From a bacterium (GTDB lineage Bacteria; Hinthialibacterota; Hinthialibacteria; Hinthialibacterales; Hinthialibacteraceae): a DNA stretch of 64,000 bases. Location of the stretch: contig CAXXSM010000130.1 of NCBI GenBank assembly GCA_963663405.2, positions 32,001 to 96,000 of the forward strand, read 5' to 3'. How positions within the stretch are numbered: position 1 is the stretch's first letter; every line of letters starts with the position of its first letter. The notes beneath the pieces are model-generated. The model ran no database searches, was not told where the DNA came from, and saw nothing but the letters and a program-made list of their open reading frames with translations. The translations under genes and the position numbers were made by a program. Below are positions 10,978-21,276 of the stretch, one piece after another.

Positions 10978-11062
10978 ATGAAAATGAGTTCCTAAGGCTT
11001 TCTCGTACGAATTAGCTCCCGCAACTCATTTTCATGTGCAGTTGTGATCTCAATCATGCTGG
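10978..11062. repeat. Dispersed hairpin element, family H copy 1 (atgaaaatgagtt...aactcattttcat plus tail tgtgatctcaatcatg)
   Basis: 13-bp inverted repeat plus conserved tail; related copies at 46801, 50068 and 61887. Confidence 0.8.
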
Positions 11063-11184
11063 ATCACATGCAGAGCGGCAAAAGGTTCTGATTATCCGTA
11101 ATCAATCGATCAAATTCTCTCGGATATCTTGAACTGCGCTGTTTCGACCGATTGTTTGTTTGTCCTTTTGCCGTTTCGTTTGGA

Positions 11185-11352
11185 TTACACAACTTGCGTG
11201 TCTTTATAAAATCCACAACTGGGACAAACCCGGTGGGGCATTTTCATCTCCCGGCAGTTCGGACATTCAACGAGCGAACGGGGGGTGACCGCATGATGAG
11301 AGCGTTTCATGCGCGTTTTCGATTTAGACTTCCGGTGCTTTGGATGAGCCAT
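11185..11352 (-). CDS. rpmF: 50S ribosomal protein L32 (Zn-ribbon type, 55 aa; absent from the ORF track)
   Basis: Manual translation [55 protein letters not shown]; upstream of plsX. Confidence 0.96.
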   Translation of the reverse strand: MAHPKHRKSKSKTRMKRSHHAVTPRSLVECPNCREMKMPHRVCPSCGFYKDTQVV

Positions 11353-11421
11353 TATTGAATCCTCTCTTGTAGTACGTATTACCTATCGTTCCAATTTATT
11401 TTGTATTTCAAGGTTTTTAGT

Positions 11422-11925
11422 TTATACGATAACACTCTGTTCCGAGCATCGTTCGAGCAACCGGCGTTCCACACAATAGGGAACGAAATCGGTCACATCA
11501 CCACCCTGCTTCGCGATCTCTTTGACCAGCCTTGCGCGCAGGTAGATATATTTTTCATTCGGCGCCATGAAAATGGTTTCAATTGTTTTATCCATACGGC
11601 GATTCACCAGCGCCATTTCGAATTCATAATCAAAATCGGATACTGCCCGCAACCCACGAAGAACAACGTGAATTCCTTTCTTCTCCATATAATGGATCAG
11701 CATTCCGTTAAATGCGTCAATTTCGATATTCCCGTCAATTGTTTCCGTGGCCTCTTTTAACATGTCAATGCGTTCCTGCAAAGAAAAAAGAGGCGTTTTG
11801 CTCGGATTGGTTACGATGGCGACGACGATCCGGTCGAAAATCGTCAATCCACGCTTGATTAAATCTAAATGGCCATTCGTTACCGGATCGAAACTTCCGG
11901 GGTAGACCGCGTATTGATTGGGCAT
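11422..11925 (-). CDS. coaD: Phosphopantetheine adenylyltransferase
   Basis: YPGSFDPVTNGHLD, RGLRAVSDFDYE. Confidence 0.98.
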   Translation of the reverse strand: MPNQYAVYPGSFDPVTNGHLDLIKRGLTIFDRIVVAIVTNPSKTPLFSLQERIDMLKEATETIDGNIEIDAFNGMLIHYMEKKGIHVVLRGLRAVSDFDYEFEMALVNRRMDKTIETIFMAPNEKYIYLRARLVKEIAKQGGDVTDFVPYCVERRLLERCSEQSVIV

Positions 11926-11966
11926 TCTTTACTCCCGCGTCACGCAGGTTCGATCGGCGCCATCCC

Positions 11967-12507
11967 TTAGTTAAAGAAATAAACGGCTGTTTTCCCGTAT
12001 ACACGCTGATCGATCGCTTGGAGACAATCCGAACGGATGACACAATTTTTCTCCGCCGGGCGTTCGACGATCACCAAGGCGCCGGGCTTTAGCGTTCCGT
12101 GTTTGACCAGCGAATCCAAAAAATTATCTTTGATGACTCGCGGTGGATCGAGAAACACGATATCCCACCGCGCCCATTCGCTTTCATTGGCGCCGAGTTT
12201 AAAGACATCCGTTTCCCAACAGCGGGCGCGATCCAATCCTACATCCCATAGCGACAACGTTTTACGGATCGCCCGCGTTGCAATGGGTTTTTTATCCAGC
12301 AAGGTCAGCCGGTCCGCGCCCCGGCTGAGCGCCTCCAATCCGACCGCCCCACTGCCGGCGAAGAGATCGGCGAAACGCGCGCCTATAATGTCCGGCCCCA
12401 AAATATTAAAAATCGCTTCCCGGACCATCTCGGTCGTGGTTTTCGAGCGATTTAACACGCGGTTTTACAATAGTCCGGTTTTTAAATTCGCCTGCGATAA
12501 TGCGCAT
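11967..12507 (-). CDS. rsmD: 16S rRNA m2G966 methyltransferase RsmD, with an apparent 1-nt frameshift near 12445
   Basis: MRIIAGEFKNR starts at 12507 in one frame; TTEMVREAIFNIL, DLFAGSGAVGLEALSRGA and FLDPP are in another. Total span is 541 nt. Confidence 0.88.
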
Positions 12508-12648
12508 CGAATAGTTCAGTTTGGGAATTACTTTCCAGCTGGATTAGGGTACTTACCGAATTCGTTTCAATCAAGCGGCGCGATTCATGATTCCCGTGAA
12601 CCGCTTTGAATCCTTCCGCGCCGCTGGCCGGATTCGCTTGTTTTCTCC

Positions 12649-13740
12649 TTATGATTCCTTTTGCAGCCCTGGCTCCGGAGTCCAGGTCACTTGTTTACCC
12701 ACCGCTTCCACGATGGGAACGAGGCGGCGCATTAAATCCTGATAGCCTTTTTCGTTGTGCGATTGCGCGCCGTCGGAAAAGGCTTTCGACGGTTCGGGGT
12801 GGATTTCAATAATCAGTCCATTACAGCCCGAAGCCGCCGCCGCCAGACTCATCGGCGTCACGAGATCCCGGCGGCCTGTTCCGTGACTGGGATCGACAAT
12901 CACCGGCAAATGGGTCAATTCATGCAGCGTGGGGACCGCGTTTAAGTCCAATACATTCCGGTACTTTGTTTCAAATGTGCGAATGCCCCGCTCACATAAT
13001 ATGATGTTACTGTTCCCGCAGGAGGCGATATATTCCGCCGACATCAGCCATTCATCAATCGTCGTGGCCATGCCTCGTTTAAGCAGGATCGGCTTGGTGG
13101 TGTCTCCTAGGGATTTCAGCAACATGAAATTCTGCACGTTCCGGGCGCCGATTTGAATAATGTCAGCGTATCGCTCCACGATTTCCAAGTTATGCGCGTC
13201 CATCAGTTCGGAGACCAGAGCAAGCCCATGTTCATGCCGGGCCTCGGCCATGTGTTTGAGACCTTCTTCTTCCAGTCCCTGAAAACTATAGGGCGAGGTT
13301 CGCGGCTTAAACGCGCCGCCGCGCAGCACCGACGCGCCGTATCGCTTCGCGATTTGGGCGCATTCCATGATCTGTTCCTGCGACTCGATCGCGCAAGGCC
13401 CCGCCATGACGACAAATTCCGGACCGCCGATGGTGACGCTTTTCTTTCCTTCTTTCCATTCAAACTCAACCGTAATCACAGTATCGGGACGTTTCATCCC
13501 TTTCAACATCTCACGGCAGACAAGTTTGTAGGGAGGCAGGATAAATTCAACCTTATCGACGCCGGTTTGACTGACGAGCCGCTCATGCAGCCCCGCCTTG
13601 CCCCGTTCATCACCGACCGCCGCCAGGACGGTCAAATTGGTCCCATAAATAGGATGAACGGTGTATCCCGCTTCTTCTATGATTAATTCAACGTGTTCGA
13701 TCTCTTCCTTCGACGCGTTGGTGTGCATCGTAATAATCAA
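12649..13740 (-). CDS. aroF: DAHP synthase class I-beta with N-terminal regulatory domain
   Basis: AGPCAIES, RGGAFKPRTSPYSFQG, QIGARN, DPSHGTG. Confidence 0.93.
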   Translation of the reverse strand: MIITMHTNASKEEIEHVELIIEEAGYTVHPIYGTNLTVLAAVGDERGKAGLHERLVSQTGVDKVEFILPPYKLVCREMLKGMKRPDTVITVEFEWKEGKKSVTIGGPEFVVMAGPCAIESQEQIMECAQIAKRYGASVLRGGAFKPRTSPYSFQGLEEEGLKHMAEARHEHGLALVSELMDAHNLEIVERYADIIQIGARNVQNFMLLKSLGDTTKPILLKRGMATTIDEWLMSAEYIASCGNSNIILCERGIRTFETKYRNVLDLNAVPTLHELTHLPVIVDPSHGTGRRDLVTPMSLAAAASGCNGLIIEIHPEPSKAFSDGAQSHNEKGYQDLMRRLVPIVEAVGKQVTWTPEPGLQKES

Positions 13741-14023
13741 GAGAGCACCTCAAAAACAAACATTTTTATAAGGGAACGGAACGTAATCAGCGATGATCAA
13801 GGCTGGTCCAAGAAACTGAAGGAAGACACACGCATCCCAGCCTCAGCGTTCCAATCAAAATATATAGTATATGTCTATCTGTAAAAAAATTAAGGCAGAT
13901 AAAACAAAACAAGAAAAAGACGAGAGCGGAATCCCAGATCGAAAGATTCGGCTGTATTTCCTGGCTGATTCTATGCTAAGATGATTTTTTTGAAGAGATT
14001 CAAAAAAGAAGCGAGAGAAAGCC

Positions 14024-15118
14024 ATGTACAAATCATTCCACATCAAAAATTTCCGCTGCTTCCGCGAGTTGAAAATGGAGAACCTCGAGCGGGTCAACCT
14101 AATCGCGGGAGAAAATAATGTCGGAAAAACAGCGCTGCTGGAGGCGTTGTATATTCATTGCGGGAACTATAATCCAGAGTTTATTCTCAAAATCAATGAA
14201 TTTCGAGGTATTACAAAATTACAATCAATCAATAGCTGGGAGAGTATGACGAGAGATTCAATCTTTCCCAATTTTGATAATAAGTTAATTATTGAATTAT
14301 ATGGAAACGATAAATCTTCACATTATCGTCGGTTACAAATAAAAGTAATTTCCAGATCTGATATTTTGAGTCTACAGAATGGAACTGAATTTAGCAATTT
14401 GGTAGAATTAGAAAAGTATAAGAACATTCTTTTGTCCTCTGAATCGCATAGTATTCTATCATTTGAATCGTGATCAATCTTATGGTATGGATGCATATTT
14501 TTTTTTAATTCAAATAGAGAAGAATATGCAGACAATACCAATACCCTATCCTCCTCCTATCACATTCAACATTCTTTCTACGCAAAAAAGTATGTCGTTT
14601 GAAGATCTCGCAAACTTGTATGGCAAAATTCAAATAAAGCGTCAAGGAGAGATTCTTTTAGAAATCTTACGTGATATCGAACCGCGCTTGATACGACCTT
14701 GAAATGATAGTTGATTCTGGTGAACCGATTCTACATGGGGACATCGGAGGGAAACGTATGATTCCTCTATCATTTATGGGAGAAGGATTAACTAGTCTTG
14801 CGGCAATCATCCTAAAAATAAGCGGCACAGCCGACGGCGTGCTACTAATCGATGAAATCGAAAACGGATTCCACCACTCAACCTTAGTAAACGTATGGAA
14901 AGCCATCGGACAAGCCGCCCGCCAGTTCAACACCCAAATCTTCGCCACAACCCATAGTTGGGAATGCATCACCGCCGCCCATCACGCGTTCTCGGAAAGC
15001 GAAAACTACGATTTCCGGCTCCACCGCCTGGATCGGGATGAAGATGAAATCAGCGTGAAGACATACGATCAGGAATCCCTTGACGCCCTCCATTGAAATG
15101 GGATTGGAGGTTCGGTAA
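14024..15118 (+). pseudogene. ABC/AAA_21-type ATPase broken by several frameshifts (possibly sequencing indels)
   Basis: IKNFRCF and Walker A GENNVGKT (14024 ORF); MGEG signature, LLIDEIENGFH and ATTHS (14704 ORF); ends GLEVR-stop at 15118. Confidence 0.8.
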
Positions 15119-15751
15119 TGGCTAACGATTACAACAAATTTTGCTAAAATTACCAAACCTAATCTTATTATTGTAGAAGGAAAAGATGAGGAATTATTCT
15201 TTAAAGCGTTCTTGAAACATTTAAAGATAGAAAATATTCAGATTGCGCCAATCGGCGGGAGGAAACGAAACTTCGAAAAAATCTAAAAGCGCTCAAAGAT
15301 CATAAAGGTTATAAGAATCTAATCTCCCTAGGAATCGTGAGAGACGCTAATGGAGATAATGCTTTTCATAGCGTTTGCGATACATTGAGAGAGGTTAATT
15401 TACAACCCGTTCCAAGCAAAACACTGGAATTTGCAAGTACGATTCCACGAGTCGCAGTAAATGATATTACCCAATGAGAAAGATCGTGGCATGTTAGAAG
15501 ATGTTTGCCTTAAATCAATTAAAGACGATCCCGTTTTTCTTTGTCTTGAAGAGTATTTTGAATGCGTGAAAAAGAAACTTGGCGCAATCCCATCCAATAT
15601 GTCAAAAGCGAAAGTCCACGCGTTTTTAGCGTCCAGAGAAAGACCCGATCTACGATTGGGTGAGGCCGCTCAATGTGAATACTGGCCCTTCGATAACCCA
15701 GCCTTCACCCCAATCAAACAATTCCTAACCCTATTCAATGAACCAACATAG
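15118..15751 (+). pseudogene. DUF3226-like TOPRIM-related partner protein, frameshifted
   Basis: Fragments IIVEGKDEELFF, LGIVRDAN, ILPNEKDRGMLEDVCL, KAKVHAFLA and YWPFDNPAF; directly follows the ATPase. Confidence 0.7.
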
Positions 15752-15761
15752 GAGTGATACA

Positions 15762-17032
15762 ATGCCAACTACAAACAATGATCTTTCCCGCAGGGAATTT
15801 GTAAACCGCGCGCTGCTGGCGGGTGGGATTCTGGCGGGAACGACACTGTCTTCGGGAGGAAAAACCGTGAATCGTCCGCTTGGACCTGATCCCAGCCGCG
15901 CTGTGGGGGCCCGATATTGGTACGCTTTATCCCGATATCATCGGCCTCGCCAACCAGTGTGAGTATCCGCTTTCTTTTTTGAATCAAGACCATTCCGATG
16001 TTGAACGATACCGGAAAACCGTCCAGAAGAAGGTCTTTGAACTGCTCTATTACGATCCCCCTCCCGTCGATCCCAATCCGGAACTCATCGATCATTGGGA
16101 GACCAAAGATTACATTCAAGAAAAAATCCTCTTCAACACAACCCCCTGGTTCCGTATTCCCGCGTATGTTCTCATCCCCAAAAACCGAAAAGGGAAAGCC
16201 CCGGCGATTGTGGATCTACACTGTCACGCGGGAGCGTTCTTATTCGGAAAAGATAAAGTGATGCCCGTCCCCAACCCGCATCCCGCGTTGATCGAACTAA
16301 AGAAATATAACTACGACGGACGCAGCACATCTGAAGAACTGGTCAAACGGGGCTTATGTAGTCATCTCCATCGACCGCTTTCTATTTCGGCGAACGCCGC
16401 ACGCTCTTCGATGACATGAATTCCCTTGGAATGGACCTCTCAAATTATTCTGTTGAAGACGTCCAACAAGCGAACCGAAGAGCGGGCCGGGGCGAAGCGA
16501 CGCTGGCGAAATCGCTCTTCTGGGCGGGGCACGACTTGGCATGGAATCGCCTGCTGGGACGAGATCCGCACGGTCGATTACCTCGTCTCTCGTCCGGAGG
16601 TGGACCCATCGCGCATCGGCTGCATGGGTATTTCAATGGGCAGCGACCGGACGAATTACCTCTGCGCGCTGGATAACCGGATTCAATGCGCGGTCTCGGT
16701 GGGCTGGGTCGCCACATTGCGAAGGCTCATCAAAGCGCATATCGACACGCATTCGTTCTCCCATTTTCTACCCGGCCTTGACGCGCTTCATGGATCTGCC
16801 GGACATGCTTGGAGCGATGGCCCCCAAACCTCTCCTTGTCCTGCAATGCTCAAAAGATGGTTTATACACCTTGGAAAGCATGAAAGAAGCCGTGGAGGAG
16901 TTAGAGAAAATCTATGCGAAAGCGAACGCGTCCGATCGATTCGAAGGCCGGTTTTACGATCAACCCCATCGATTTTCAAGCGATATGCAGGAAGACGCCT
17001 TCCAATGGTTTGACAAGTATCTCAAAGGATAA
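15762..17032 (+). pseudogene. Tat-exported alpha/beta hydrolase (dienelactone hydrolase/Abhydrolase_7-like), split by at least 4 frameshifts
   Basis: SRREF Tat motif, PAIVDLHCHAG, VDYLVSRPEVDPSRIGCMGISMG and HRFSSDMQEDAFQWFDKYL lie in different frames. Confidence 0.8.
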
Positions 17033-17089
17033 TACTCATTCTTACACGAAAACATAATTTCAATTATTTGACAAGGATCGAAATCAACT

Positions 17090-17716
17090 ATGTATACTGT
17101 TGAAGAAGCTCTGAATCATTTAAAAGAAGGAAACAAACGTTTTGCGGAAGGGAAGAGCATCCATCCCCGTGTTGACATTGAACGCCGGAAAGAGACAGCC
17201 CGGCATGGGCAAGCGCCCTTCGCCACGGTTCTCGCCTGTTCGGATTCGCGTGTGCCGGTCGAATTGTTGTTCGATCGTGGAATCGGGGATATTTTCGTTA
17301 TCTGCGTCGCAGGTAACGTCCCCGGCTCTGACGTGAACGCCTCGATTGAATACGCGATCAATTATCTAAGAACTCCAGTCTGCGTCGTTCTCGGTCACGA
17401 AGACTGCGGAGCCATAAAAACAGTCGTCACTCAAGCGAAAGTCCACGGACATATTACCGAACTCGCCGAAAAAATCCGCCCGGCAGTAGAAGAAGCTAAA
17501 CAGGAACACCCCCATCTCCTCCCCAAAGATATTGTGTCTAAAGCCGTCCGCGTCAACATCTGGAAAACCATCGAAACCCTGCTCAATAACAGCGATATCA
17601 TCAAAACCTGCGTCAAACGAGACGGCCTAAAACTAGCCGGCGCCGTTTACGACATCGAAAGCGGACTCATAGAATGGCTGGGAGAACATCCGAAATTAGG
17701 GGAATTGATTGAATGA
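17090..17716 (+). CDS. Beta-class carbonic anhydrase
   Basis: LKEGNKRF, CSDSRVP and GHEDCGAI zinc motifs. Confidence 0.95.
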   Translation: MYTVEEALNHLKEGNKRFAEGKSIHPRVDIERRKETARHGQAPFATVLACSDSRVPVELLFDRGIGDIFVICVAGNVPGSDVNASIEYAINYLRTPVCVVLGHEDCGAIKTVVTQAKVHGHITELAEKIRPAVEEAKQEHPHLLPKDIVSKAVRVNIWKTIETLLNNSDIIKTCVKRDGLKLAGAVYDIESGLIEWLGEHPKLGELIE

Positions 17717-17795
17717 TAGTTGTTTGTAATTGAATCATTTTCCGTAAAAACGATATGATATAAAAAGTATTAATCATGCAATAGGAGAAGCGGCA

Positions 17796-18467
17796 ATGTC
17801 CGATCTTTCTTCATTAGGTTTCTATATTCTTTTACTATTACCCGGATATATTTTTGTACAAACAAGGGATTATCACCTGTTACGAGAAAAAAAGACCCAA
17901 TTTGAAAAAACATTTGAGATTATTCTTTGGAGCGCATTTATTTGGGTAATTGCGTGTGTGAGTTCATTTTGGTGGCCTTTTTGGGAAGCAAGGAAGGTAA
18001 CTCTTGAATATTTTATTTCGAGTCTGAAAAATCGTATGGAATTTTCTACTTGGGATTCCTCTCCTTTTCCTTCAGCTGCGGCCTTTTTTTTTGTTGTGTG
18101 TTTCTATTCTTTCCTTTTCGCGAATCTATGGGGTTTAATACGAAAATTCAAATTCGTTGATTCATTTTTGAAAGAGTTGACAGGAAGAGATTGGTATCCA
18201 AGTATAACTTGCCGTTTTTTACAGGAAAATTTGGGAAATCCGATTGTAGTTGAAATCGATGAATATAAGTATCTTGGGATTTTAAGTGGCGCGCCTTATA
18301 AAGAAGAAGATCATTATATTTTATTAACGAATGTCTCTCTTATGCCAAGAAAACCAGGTGATAAGCCTGAATCGCTTTCATTAATCGATTCATTGTTAAT
18401 CAAGTTCGATGAGATCGATAAGGTTCAATCATTAAATGCCACTATTCTACATCTGAATAATGTCTGA
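17796..18467 (+). CDS. Membrane protein, DUF6338-like
   Basis: LLLLPGYIF N-terminus, three hydrophobic segments, C-terminal Sm-like soluble part; AT-rich. Confidence 0.55.
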   Translation: MSDLSSLGFYILLLLPGYIFVQTRDYHLLREKKTQFEKTFEIILWSAFIWVIACVSSFWWPFWEARKVTLEYFISSLKNRMEFSTWDSSPFPSAAAFFFVVCFYSFLFANLWGLIRKFKFVDSFLKELTGRDWYPSITCRFLQENLGNPIVVEIDEYKYLGILSGAPYKEEDHYILLTNVSLMPRKPGDKPESLSLIDSLLIKFDEIDKVQSLNATILHLNNV

Positions 18468-18517
18468 TAAAATAATAAAAGGGGTATAATGTAAAGAGGA
18501 AAATTGATGAAAGGAGG

Positions 18518-18733
18518 ATGAACATAATAATGAAAAATCCACATCGTCTTGATGAATCACTTTCATATTTCTGCAAAAAGAGTCTCAATGGTGACGAGGC
18601 TATAGAAATAGATCTAAGCAAAATCACTGTTTCTGAAAGTGGTCACATTAAACTTATCGACTCAGATGATCCTGCTACACAGCCTTCTGATTCCGAGCAA
18701 AGCCCACCAGCGTTTCAAGAAGCGAATGATTAA
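18518..18733 (+). CDS. Small hypothetical protein (71 aa)
   Basis: Strong aaggagg SD immediately before the ATG. Confidence 0.45.
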   Translation: MNIIMKNPHRLDESLSYFCKKSLNGDEAIEIDLSKITVSESGHIKLIDSDDPATQPSDSEQSPPAFQEAND

Positions 18734-18750
18734 ACGATACGTCGCTCCAA

Positions 18751-20433
18751 TCAAAACAAATCCTTATAACTAACCAACTTCACCCCACATCTCTTAATCG
18801 CCGTTTTCACTTTCTCGCTGCAGAATGCTTTTGTTACTCCGTCGCGGTCCGCGGCGACGTGGCGGTAGCCTTCGTGGCCGATGGAGCGCATTTCGGGGGT
18901 GTCGAGTCCTGGGTGATCGAGGAAGAGCCAGACGCCGGGTTTCAGGTTTTCGATGATTTTGATCAAAGCGGCTTCTTTTTCCTCTGGAGTAGTGTCACTG
19001 CCGCCGAATCCACCCGCGCTCTTGAGTCCCGGTACGCGAAGGGGAAGTTTGTATTCTTCAGAAAGTTTATCGACAATCGCTTGCAATTCCGGGGTGGAAT
19101 ACGCCGTGCCCATGTGACACGAAAGATGAGATACCGCTGGGACCTTGGCTAGGGCTATTTCAATCTGCGCGCGCAGTTCTTTCTCCACTTCTTCAAGTTT
19201 ATAACCCGATTCGAGGAATCCTGTGTTCGGGGGGAAATTCTTTCTCTGACTCGTCATGGGGAAGAAATTCCCTTGCTTGTCTACTAAACTCGGCGCCTGC
19301 GTGACCGGCCCCCATTTGCAGTATTCCCATTCGCTTGTTAAGTCCAGATGCACGCCTACATCCAGTCCGGGATTCTCATTCAGCATCAACACCGCCTCGT
19401 TAAACCAAGGGCAGGGAACCATCAATTCGACCGATCGCGCAATACCATCTTTATATGTTTTGATACACGCGACATTCGCGGCATGGGATGAGCCGATGTC
19501 ATCCGCCCGGATGAGCAATTTGATCTCTCCACGAAAATGCTTTTCGACAAACGCTGTCATTGCTTCAAGTGTCTTCTCGAAATCGGGCGAACGATTGAAC
19601 CAGCCGTGGTTTTTCCCTTCCGCTGAAAAAAGTTCCACTTCGACGCCCGCGTCCTGAAGGGCTTTCTGAAAATCAACGGATTGTTGGAAGGGAACTGTCG
19701 TATCCGCCGTTCCATGCAGGAACAGGAAAGGCGGACAGGTTTCATCAATATACGTAATAGGTGAGGCTTTTTTATAGATTTCCGGAACCTCTTCCACTGA
19801 ACCGCCGAGGAATTGGACCAGCATCGTGGCCGGGCGGTCTCTTTTTGTTAATGCCGTCATATCAGCGACGCCATTGAAACTTACAACAAGATTCGTGCGG
19901 CTCGAGTATCTCGCATGGCCGCCTGCGCCTTCCAAGCCATCGGATTCGTCCATCACGCCCAGCATCGACGCGAGGTGGCCTCCCGCTGATCCACCGGCGG
20001 AAGCGATTTTATCCGGATCGATTCCATACCGGTCCGCATTCGCCCGCATCCACTGCACAGCGCATTTACAATCTTCCACCGCCGTGGGGAATTTCGCTTC
20101 ACCTGACAGGCGGTATTCAATACAGGCGCACACATAGCCCAGCTCAGCGAAATGAATCGCCTGCCGTTTAAATTGATCCGGCGTTCCGCCCCGCCATCCG
20201 CCACCATGAACGAAGATGATCCCCGGTCGATCCGTTCCATCTTCCTTCGGACGATAGAGATTCAAATGAAGATCCCGTCCACCGCCTTGACCATATACAA
20301 GATCCTTCTCAACAACCACGTTATCAGGAATCGCTATCTCCGGCTGATCCTGATTCGCGGCTTCGATTCCACTGACAGCTGCGCATAACAATAGGGTGAT
20401 GGTAAAGAATGAGTGAATAAAACGTAGATTCAT
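18751..20433 (-). CDS. Secreted fusion of an alpha/beta hydrolase (BD-FAE/HSL-like) and a YdjC/ChbG-type carbohydrate deacetylase
   Basis: HGGGW, GGSAGG, HGTAD and HGWF, followed by IRADDIG, GVHLDLTSEW, SCHMG and DHPG. Confidence 0.88.
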   Translation of the reverse strand: MNLRFIHSFFTITLLLCAAVSGIEAANQDQPEIAIPDNVVVEKDLVYGQGGGRDLHLNLYRPKEDGTDRPGIIFVHGGGWRGGTPDQFKRQAIHFAELGYVCACIEYRLSGEAKFPTAVEDCKCAVQWMRANADRYGIDPDKIASAGGSAGGHLASMLGVMDESDGLEGAGGHARYSSRTNLVVSFNGVADMTALTKRDRPATMLVQFLGGSVEEVPEIYKKASPITYIDETCPPFLFLHGTADTTVPFQQSVDFQKALQDAGVEVELFSAEGKNHGWFNRSPDFEKTLEAMTAFVEKHFRGEIKLLIRADDIGSSHAANVACIKTYKDGIARSVELMVPCPWFNEAVLMLNENPGLDVGVHLDLTSEWEYCKWGPVTQAPSLVDKQGNFFPMTSQRKNFPPNTGFLESGYKLEEVEKELRAQIEIALAKVPAVSHLSCHMGTAYSTPELQAIVDKLSEEYKLPLRVPGLKSAGGFGGSDTTPEEKEAALIKIIENLKPGVWLFLDHPGLDTPEMRSIGHEGYRHVAADRDGVTKAFCSEKVKTAIKRCGVKLVSYKDLF

Positions 20434-20474
20434 GAGTGTGGTCCTTTTGTGAGTTGTATAAAATTATTTTTTTT

Positions 20475-20515
20475 TGTCTGAATCTGGATGTCCAGGATGA
20501 AAGGATGATCAGGAT
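20475..20515 (-). repeat. 9-nt-periodic ATCC element (family P), reverse orientation
   Basis: tgtctgaatctggatgtccaggatgaaaggatgatcaggat is the reverse complement type of the copies at 20996, 27630 and 43217. Confidence 0.7.
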
Positions 20516-20995
20516 TTTTTTCTCCTACATTCGATGATAGACCTTTTTTTTTCTCCTCAATTCAAATTAAGAAAGAAAAACCAGTCAATTTTTTGGTTCA
20601 TCCAGTAATTGAGTATATAAAAATCATTTTTGGGAATTGCGATCTTTGTTCAGGATGGCTTAATCGCCTGAACAATGATTAAAAAGCCAGCTAAAAGCCG
20701 CCACCGCGTAGCGTTGTCGTTACTGGCGCTGTCTTAAAAGGATTATAGGATTACCATGATTTAAAAATCAAGAAAATCAAGCGAATCAAGAAAATCAAGG
20801 TTCAGACAATAAGAATCCTTCATAGCAGCGCTGGGTTTCTTGATTTCCACAAAAAATGAATGGATTGTTGAGAAACGTACTCACTTTTCGGAAGAACCAA
20901 TTTCTTCTCCTTAATAAGAGGATTGACTATCCATTTCGTATAAGGTCAGTTAATCACTGCTTTCTTCAATGAAGAAGCGCAAATGAATAATTCCT

Positions 20996-21036
20996 ATCCT
21001 GAATATCCTGCCCATCCAGTCCATCCTGATTCAGAC
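20996..21036 (+). repeat. 9-nt-periodic ATCC element (family P)
   Basis: atcctgaat atcctgccc atccagtcc atcctgattcagac. Confidence 0.75.
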
Positions 21037-21276
21037 GAAATGAAAACAAAAAGAAATATCCTCCATTCTTTAGGAATCCATTTCAACTTCGCGATTTTGA
21101 TCAAACTATGCAAGAGCGATGCGATGTAATACTCGCCTTCATGATGAATAATCTCAGGCGCCGCGGCAGGCAGGCGCCCAAAGATCCTCCGCCGCGAAAG
21201 CGGGAACCGTCACAAGAAGAAACAGCGAAAACAGCGTGTATATATTCGATAATTGTTTCATCATATGATTGCCTCG

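Noticed and set aside
12430-12460. Programmed frameshift in rsmD
   Set aside because: No clear slippery site or stimulator, and it lies in a region with many other single-base indels.
329-13686. Many plus-strand ORFs of 60-190 aa over the housekeeping operons
   Set aside because: They are antisense shadows of well-supported minus-strand genes and have no recognisable motifs.
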